DNA of 64,000 nucleotides from Escherichia coli (GTDB lineage Bacteria; Pseudomonadota; Gammaproteobacteria; Enterobacterales; Enterobacteriaceae): NCBI RefSeq assembly GCF_044324785.1, contig NZ_CP172127.1; one strand, 5' to 3'. Shown piece by piece: positions 58,481 to 64,000 of this stretch (position 1 is its first letter; each line of letters starts with the position of its first letter). The notes under the pieces were generated by a model. It saw only the letters and a program-made list of their open reading frames with translations, ran no database searches and was not told where the DNA came from. The position numbers and the translations under genes were made by a program.

Positions 58481-59734
58481 TCAGGACTCCTCATGCTCTG
58501 ATTCAGGTTGACGATCCCACGACAAACGCGGGTCAAACGTCATAGCAGAAAACATTGTCATTATGACGACTAAAGCAAACATTAATGCACCCATTGCCGG
58601 ATAAATACTCATTAAACCTCCCATACGCACCAGCGCCGAGAGCACCGCGATAACGAAAACGTCAATCATCGACCAGCGGCCTACAAACTCAACAACTTCA
58701 TAAATCAAATGCATTCTTTCACTGTCGCGCTTGCCATGCCCTTTGGCATCCCAACACAACCACGCTATGGCGATCATCTTTAACGTTGGCACCATAATAC
58801 TGGCCAGAAAGATAACCGCAGCGACGGGATAAGATCCTTCGCTCCATAACAGGATGACCCCAGCGAGAATCGTCGATGGCATCTTCGAGCCTAATAAATC
58901 CGTCACCATGATGGGCAAAATATTAGCCGGAAGGTACAGCATGATGGACGTTACAAGCAGCGCGAGTGTCCATTGCAGGCTGTTTCTACGCCGAACGTAC
59001 CCTTTAGTACCACAGCGCGCGCATACGGGTTCATCAGCAGGAAGGATTGCCGTACAACAGGAGCAAGAACGCAGCCCCTGACGTATCCCCGTGACGCCAG
59101 GTTTTAGCGGCTGGCGCAGTTCTGGCATCGGGGCGATATCGTCCCATAACCAGCGACGATCAACGCACTGAAAGGCGCGCAGTTGCAGGACACAAAATAA
59201 ACACCAGGGGAGAAAGCTACTGCCGACACCAATGCTGCCGTAGGCCATCAGTTTAACGAAACTGACCAGCACACCCGCGAGGAAAATCTCCGCCATTCCC
59301 CAGGTTTTGAGTTGAAAAAGCACCCGTGCCAGTTGCTCTTTTAAACGGACCGGTAATTCCGCGCGATTCACCAGTAACAGAATGGTTATCAGACAAAACG
59401 CGGGAACCAGTTGCACAAACAACAGGAAAAAGGTGCCGAGGCTGGCGTAGTCCTCAGAAAAAAGCACGCCGGGAATTTCCAGTAATGTAATTTCACTGGT
59501 GACTCCCGCAACGTTCATATTCACAAAAGGAAACAAGTTGGACAGCAACAGCATGAACAGTGCAGCCAACGCATAGGCGGTGGGACGCTGCCGAGGGGCA
59601 TCCCACGCCACGGTTAACGTTGTGCCACACCGGGGACATGCCGCTTTCTGACCATGCTCAAGGCGCGGTAACGCCACCAGCATGTCACACTGCGAGCACA
59701 GGATGTGCTTCGCGGCATGATGATGTTCGCACAT
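58481..59734 (-). CDS. pqiA: Inner-membrane protein PqiA (paraquat-inducible), 417 aa
   Basis: Full ORF with CxxC pairs and transmembrane segments. Confidence 0.9.
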   Translation of the reverse strand: MCEHHHAAKHILCSQCDMLVALPRLEHGQKAACPRCGTTLTVAWDAPRQRPTAYALAALFMLLLSNLFPFVNMNVAGVTSEITLLEIPGVLFSEDYASLGTFFLLFVQLVPAFCLITILLLVNRAELPVRLKEQLARVLFQLKTWGMAEIFLAGVLVSFVKLMAYGSIGVGSSFLPWCLFCVLQLRAFQCVDRRWLWDDIAPMPELRQPLKPGVTGIRQGLRSCSCCTAILPADEPVCARCGTKGYVRRRNSLQWTLALLVTSIMLYLPANILPIMVTDLLGSKMPSTILAGVILLWSEGSYPVAAVIFLASIMVPTLKMIAIAWLCWDAKGHGKRDSERMHLIYEVVEFVGRWSMIDVFVIAVLSALVRMGGLMSIYPAMGALMFALVVIMTMFSAMTFDPRLSWDRQPESEHEES

Positions 59735-59863
59735 TGGTACTCCTTAATGATGCGCTATTTTACAGATGACTAACAAAGTGTTGGTTTTCATGCCTGATTA
59801 ACCCAGTTCATCAGGCAATTTTACCGTTGTCAGCTGTCTCTGTTTAAATCGACTATTTTGCGA

Positions 59864-61771
59864 TCAGCCACCATTTTTTAACGCTTCAAGATACTCCCAG
59901 CGTTCAAAGGCTTGCTCCAGCTCCTGCTCTGCAGCAGCCATATCGGCGAGCACTTTTTGCGTCTGCTCATGCGGCTGACTGAAGAAGGAAGCATCCGCCA
60001 CCTGCGTCTGTAGGGCTTCCAGCTTCGCCTCCAGATCTTCGAGCAATTGCGGTAGCTGCTCCAGTTCGCGCTGCAATTTATAGCTTAGTTTGCTACTGCT
60101 GCGTTTTACAGTTTCTGCTTTTGGCGCGGCGGCTTCTTCGATTTTTTTCACCGCAGGCTGTTTGAGCGCCACATACTGTTCTTGCTGACCACGGGCATCA
60201 TGATAACCGCCGACATAACGACCAATTTTACCGCCGCCTTCGAAGATCCAGCATTCTGTAACGGTGTTATCGACAAACTGACGATCGTGGCTCACCAGCA
60301 ATACCGTGCCCTGGTAGCTGTCGATCAGTTCTTCCAGCAGTTCCAGCGTTTCAACATCAAGATCGTTGGTCGGTTCGTCAAGAATCAATAAGTTGCTTGG
60401 TTTGAGGAACAATCGCGCCAACAACAAGCGGTTACGCTCACCGCCAGAAAGCGCACGTACCGGCGTCATCGCCCGTTTCGGATGGAACAGGAAGTCCTGC
60501 AAATAGCCCAAAACATGGCGTGGCTTGCCGTTAACCATCACCTCTTGCTTACCTTCAGCAAGGTTATCCATCACCGTTTTATCGGGATCCAGTTCCGCAC
60601 GGTGCTGATCGAAATAAGCCACTTCCAGTTTGGTGCCAACGTGAATACGCCCGCTGTCCGCTTGAAGCTGACCGAGCATCAGTTTCAGCAGCGTGGTTTT
60701 GCCGCACCCATTCGGGCCAATCAGGGCAATTTTGTCGCCACGTAGAACTTGGGCAGAAAAATCTTTCACCAGTTGCTTACCGTCAACCTGGTAGCAAACG
60801 TCTTCCATTTCGAAAACGATCTTACCGGAGCGGCTGGCCTCTTCCACCTGCATCTTTGCGGTACCCATCACTTCGCGACGTTCGCCACGCTCGCGACGCA
60901 TTGCTTTCAGGGCGCGTACGCGGCCTTCATTACGGGTACGGCGTGCTTTGATCCCCTGGCGGATCCACACCTCTTCCTGCGCCAGTTTGCGATCGAACTC
61001 GGCATTTTGTAGTTCTTCCACGCGCAGGGCTTCTTCTTTTTCCAGCAGGTACTGGTCGTAATTGCCAGGATAGGTCACAAGTTTGCCGCGATCGAGATCA
61101 ACAATACGCGTCGCCATATTGCGGATAAACGAACGGTCGTGGGAGATGAAAATAATCGTCCCATTGAAGGTTTTAAGGAATCCTTCCAGCCAGTCGATGG
61201 TTTCGATATCCAGGTGGTTAGTCGGTTCGTCGAGCAGCAATACGCGCGGATTGCTCACCAGCGCTCGTCCTAATGCCGCTTTACGCAACCAACCGCCGGA
61301 AAGCGACGACAGCGCAACATTAGGATCTAACCCCAGTTGCGCCAGCACTTCGTTGATGCGGTTTTCCAGCTGCCACAGGTTGTGGTGATCCAGCTGTTCC
61401 TGAACCTTCGCCAGTTCGTTGAGATTTTTCTCGCTCGGGTCGTTCATCACCAGGCGCGAAATATCGTGATAGCGTTTCAGGTATTCCGCTTGTTCTTCAA
61501 TGCCTTCGGCAACGAAATCATAAACGCTACCCTCAACGTTACGCGGCGGATCCTGTTGCAGACGAGCTACAATCAAATCTTGCTCGTAAATAATGCGACC
61601 GTCATCCAGCCCTTGTTCACGGTTGAGGATTTTCATTAACGTCGATTTGCCTGCGCCGTTACGGCCTACCAGACAAACACGTTCGTTATCTTCGATATGC
61701 AGTTCTGCGTTATCGAGAAGCGGCGCGTCGCTGAACGACAGCCATGCGCCATGCATACTGATTAATGACAT
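59864..61771 (-). CDS. uup: ABC-F family ATPase Uup, 635 aa
   Basis: Two ABC cassettes (GRNGAGKST and GPNGCGKTT Walker A motifs) and a C-terminal coiled coil. Confidence 0.95.
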   Translation of the reverse strand: MSLISMHGAWLSFSDAPLLDNAELHIEDNERVCLVGRNGAGKSTLMKILNREQGLDDGRIIYEQDLIVARLQQDPPRNVEGSVYDFVAEGIEEQAEYLKRYHDISRLVMNDPSEKNLNELAKVQEQLDHHNLWQLENRINEVLAQLGLDPNVALSSLSGGWLRKAALGRALVSNPRVLLLDEPTNHLDIETIDWLEGFLKTFNGTIIFISHDRSFIRNMATRIVDLDRGKLVTYPGNYDQYLLEKEEALRVEELQNAEFDRKLAQEEVWIRQGIKARRTRNEGRVRALKAMRRERGERREVMGTAKMQVEEASRSGKIVFEMEDVCYQVDGKQLVKDFSAQVLRGDKIALIGPNGCGKTTLLKLMLGQLQADSGRIHVGTKLEVAYFDQHRAELDPDKTVMDNLAEGKQEVMVNGKPRHVLGYLQDFLFHPKRAMTPVRALSGGERNRLLLARLFLKPSNLLILDEPTNDLDVETLELLEELIDSYQGTVLLVSHDRQFVDNTVTECWIFEGGGKIGRYVGGYHDARGQQEQYVALKQPAVKKIEEAAAPKAETVKRSSSKLSYKLQRELEQLPQLLEDLEAKLEALQTQVADASFFSQPHEQTQKVLADMAAAEQELEQAFERWEYLEALKNGG

Positions 61772-61782
61772 TACTATTCCTT

Positions 61783-63891
61783 TCAGGCTGCGGTAATCAG
61801 CCAGCAGTTGTGGATCTGGCGGTTACGGGCGAAATCCTGGGAGAGCGTTTTTTGCGTAATTTCTTGTGCTTTCAGTCCCAGTTTTGCCAGGCCGTCGAGA
61901 TCCATACGGAAGCCACGTTTGTTGTTCGAGAACATGATCGTCCCACCTGCACGCAGCAGACGTTTCAAATCTTTCATCAGCGCCAGATGATCGCGCTGAA
62001 CATCAAACGCATCTTCCATTCGTTTTGAGTTAGAGAAGGTTGGCGGATCGATAAAGATCAGATCGAACTGTTCATTTGCCTCACGCAGCCACGCCAGGCA
62101 ATCGGCCTGAATCAGGCGATGCGCACGCCCGGTTAGGCCATTCAGACGCAGGTTGCGTTCTGCCCACTCCAGATAAGTACGCGACATATCCACGGTGGTG
62201 GTGCTGCGTGCACCGCCTAATCCCGCATGCACGGTGGCGCTGCCGGTATAAGAGAACAGGTTGAGGAAATCTTTGCCTTTGCTCATCTGACCTAGCATAC
62301 GGCGGGCGATGCGGTGATCGAGGAACAGACCAGTATCGAGATAATCCGTCAGGTTCACCCACAAGTGAGCGTTATATTCGGTAACTTCCAGAAACTCGCC
62401 CTTCTCGCCCAGTTTCTGGTACTGATTTTTGCCCTTCTGACGTTCACGGGTTTTCAGCACCAGTTTGTTTGGCGCAATCCCCAGTACCGAAATGGTTGCA
62501 GCGATAATATCGAACAGACGCTGACGCGCTTTGTGCGCATCAATAGTTTTTGGCGGCGCATACTCCTGCACCACCACCCAGTCGGCATAACGGTCAACGG
62601 CAACGTTATATTCTGGCAGATCGGCGTCATACAGGCGGTAACATTCAATCCCTTCCTGGCGAGCCCACTTCTCGAATTTTTTGAGGTTCTTACGCAGGCG
62701 GTTGGCGTAGTCTTCCGCTACCATCGCCGGTTTGCTGTCTGGAGTGCTTTCGGCAACGTGGTAATTTTTCTGTACGCAGTCCAGCGGGCCGTTTTTCGCC
62801 TTGTACTGTTTGTCTGCACGCAGCTGCAGGCAGCTGAGCAGATCCGGCGAGGCACTAAACAAAGAGAGATTCCAACCACCAAACTGGTTTTTCATGATTC
62901 GGCCCAGCAGACTATGCAGCGCAATCAGCGCCGGTTCGCTGTCCAGACGTTCGCCGTAAGGCGGGTTGCTCAACACTGTACCGTATGGCCCTTTCGGCAG
63001 CGGATTGGTCAGTTGCGCGACATCTTTCACTTCAAAAGTGATCAGTTCGCCAATCCCCGCAAGACGGGCGTTGGTGCGCGCACGTTGAATCACCCGTGCG
63101 TCGCTGTCCGAACCATAAAAATGAGAGCTATACTCAGCCAGGCCTTTGCGGGCGCGAGTTTGCGCTTCCGCTTTCACTTCCTGCCAGATAGCTTCATCAT
63201 GCTGCGCCCAGCCGCTAAAGCCCCAACGCCCACGGTGCAAGCCTGGTGCGCGATCGGTCGCCAGCATCGCCGCTTCAATCAGCAACGTACCGGAACCACA
63301 CATCGGATCGAGCAGCGGTGTTCCTGGCTGCCAGCCGGATCGCATCACAATCGCGGCTGCCAGGGTTTCTTTGATCGGCGCAATACCAGCACGATCGCGA
63401 TAGCCACGCAGATGTAAACCATCACCACTGAGATCAAGGGCGATACTGGCTGTTTCTTTATGCAGCCAGACGTTAACGCGGATATCCGGCGCATCGCGAT
63501 CAACATTTGGACGCGGCAGATTTTTCCGCGTGAAAGCATCGACGATCGCGTCTTTCACTTTCATCGCACCGTACTGACTGTTGCGGATGGTGTCATTCAA
63601 ACCACTGAAGTGGACAGCGAAGGTCGCACCAGGATTAAACATCTCTGTCCAGTTGATCGCCTGAACACCGAGATAGAGGTCTAAATCGCTGTAAACCTTA
63701 CACTCGCCCAGTGGCAACATAATACGCGAGGCCAGGCGGCTCCACATCAGGCTCTGGTAAACAAGCCGTGTGTCGCCCTTGAAATGGACCCCACCCTGAA
63801 CCACCTGGCATTCAACGGCCCCCAGGTTTTCCAGTTCAGTTTTTAACAGCTCTTCCAGCCCACGGGCCGTACTGGCAAACAGAGAATTCAT
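61783..63891 (-). CDS. rlmL: Bifunctional 23S rRNA m2G2445/m7G2069 methyltransferase RlmKL (RlmL), 702 aa
   Basis: Full [28 protein letters not shown]... Confidence 0.95.
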   Translation of the reverse strand: MNSLFASTARGLEELLKTELENLGAVECQVVQGGVHFKGDTRLVYQSLMWSRLASRIMLPLGECKVYSDLDLYLGVQAINWTEMFNPGATFAVHFSGLNDTIRNSQYGAMKVKDAIVDAFTRKNLPRPNVDRDAPDIRVNVWLHKETASIALDLSGDGLHLRGYRDRAGIAPIKETLAAAIVMRSGWQPGTPLLDPMCGSGTLLIEAAMLATDRAPGLHRGRWGFSGWAQHDEAIWQEVKAEAQTRARKGLAEYSSHFYGSDSDARVIQRARTNARLAGIGELITFEVKDVAQLTNPLPKGPYGTVLSNPPYGERLDSEPALIALHSLLGRIMKNQFGGWNLSLFSASPDLLSCLQLRADKQYKAKNGPLDCVQKNYHVAESTPDSKPAMVAEDYANRLRKNLKKFEKWARQEGIECYRLYDADLPEYNVAVDRYADWVVVQEYAPPKTIDAHKARQRLFDIIAATISVLGIAPNKLVLKTRERQKGKNQYQKLGEKGEFLEVTEYNAHLWVNLTDYLDTGLFLDHRIARRMLGQMSKGKDFLNLFSYTGSATVHAGLGGARSTTTVDMSRTYLEWAERNLRLNGLTGRAHRLIQADCLAWLREANEQFDLIFIDPPTFSNSKRMEDAFDVQRDHLALMKDLKRLLRAGGTIMFSNNKRGFRMDLDGLAKLGLKAQEITQKTLSQDFARNRQIHNCWLITAA

Positions 63892-64000
63892 ATCGTCACT
63901 TTTACTCTAAGAGCCTACCGCAGTAGGCGTAATTGTTGCAGTCAGTCTGGACATGGACAGCGCGGAGAAACCGGAGCGTACACAAGTACGTGAGGATTTC

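Noticed and set aside
62314-63417. 367-aa plus-strand ORF
   Set aside because: Antisense to rlmL, which is full-length and recognisable; typical shadow ORF on the opposite strand of a GC-biased gene.

Overview
The window is colinear with the Escherichia coli K-12 chromosome from rlmL to putP (about 1.007-1.080 Mb in MG1655), read here in reverse orientation. Gene identities come from reading the six-frame translations and recalling the K-12 map and protein sequences; nothing was searched or computed. I call 58 protein genes and one tRNA (serT): putP, putA, rutR, rutABCDEFG, ymdF, wrbA, yccJ, agp, yccE, cbpAM, torDAC, torR, torT, torS, yccM, gnsA, ymcE, cspG, cspH, appA, appX, appBC, hyaFEDCBA, yccA, tusE, yccX, rlmI, hspQ, yccU, yccT, mgsA, helD, yccF, yccS, sxy, sulA, ompA, matP, ycbZ, fabA, rmf, pqiCBA, uup and rlmL. 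I found no transposase, integrase, prophage gene or CRISPR array. I do not see a clearly novel multi-gene system. The strongest lead is yccE, an AT-rich orphan gene whose product carries Cys and His motifs resembling the OTU cysteine-isopeptidase catalytic boxes, followed by a possible 43-codon membrane-peptide ORF. Second is the cspH/appA junction: the K-12 gfcABCDE-etp-etk capsule locus and its IS1 are absent, and the appA 3' end differs from K-12, so this is probably a non-K-12 E. coli. Other observations are a short ymdF, a NapH-like polyferredoxin (yccM) and a Lon-like protease without a P-loop (ycbZ). Start codons were trimmed from the ORF-track maxima to the starts I recall for K-12; these and all regulatory sites are motif-level calls.
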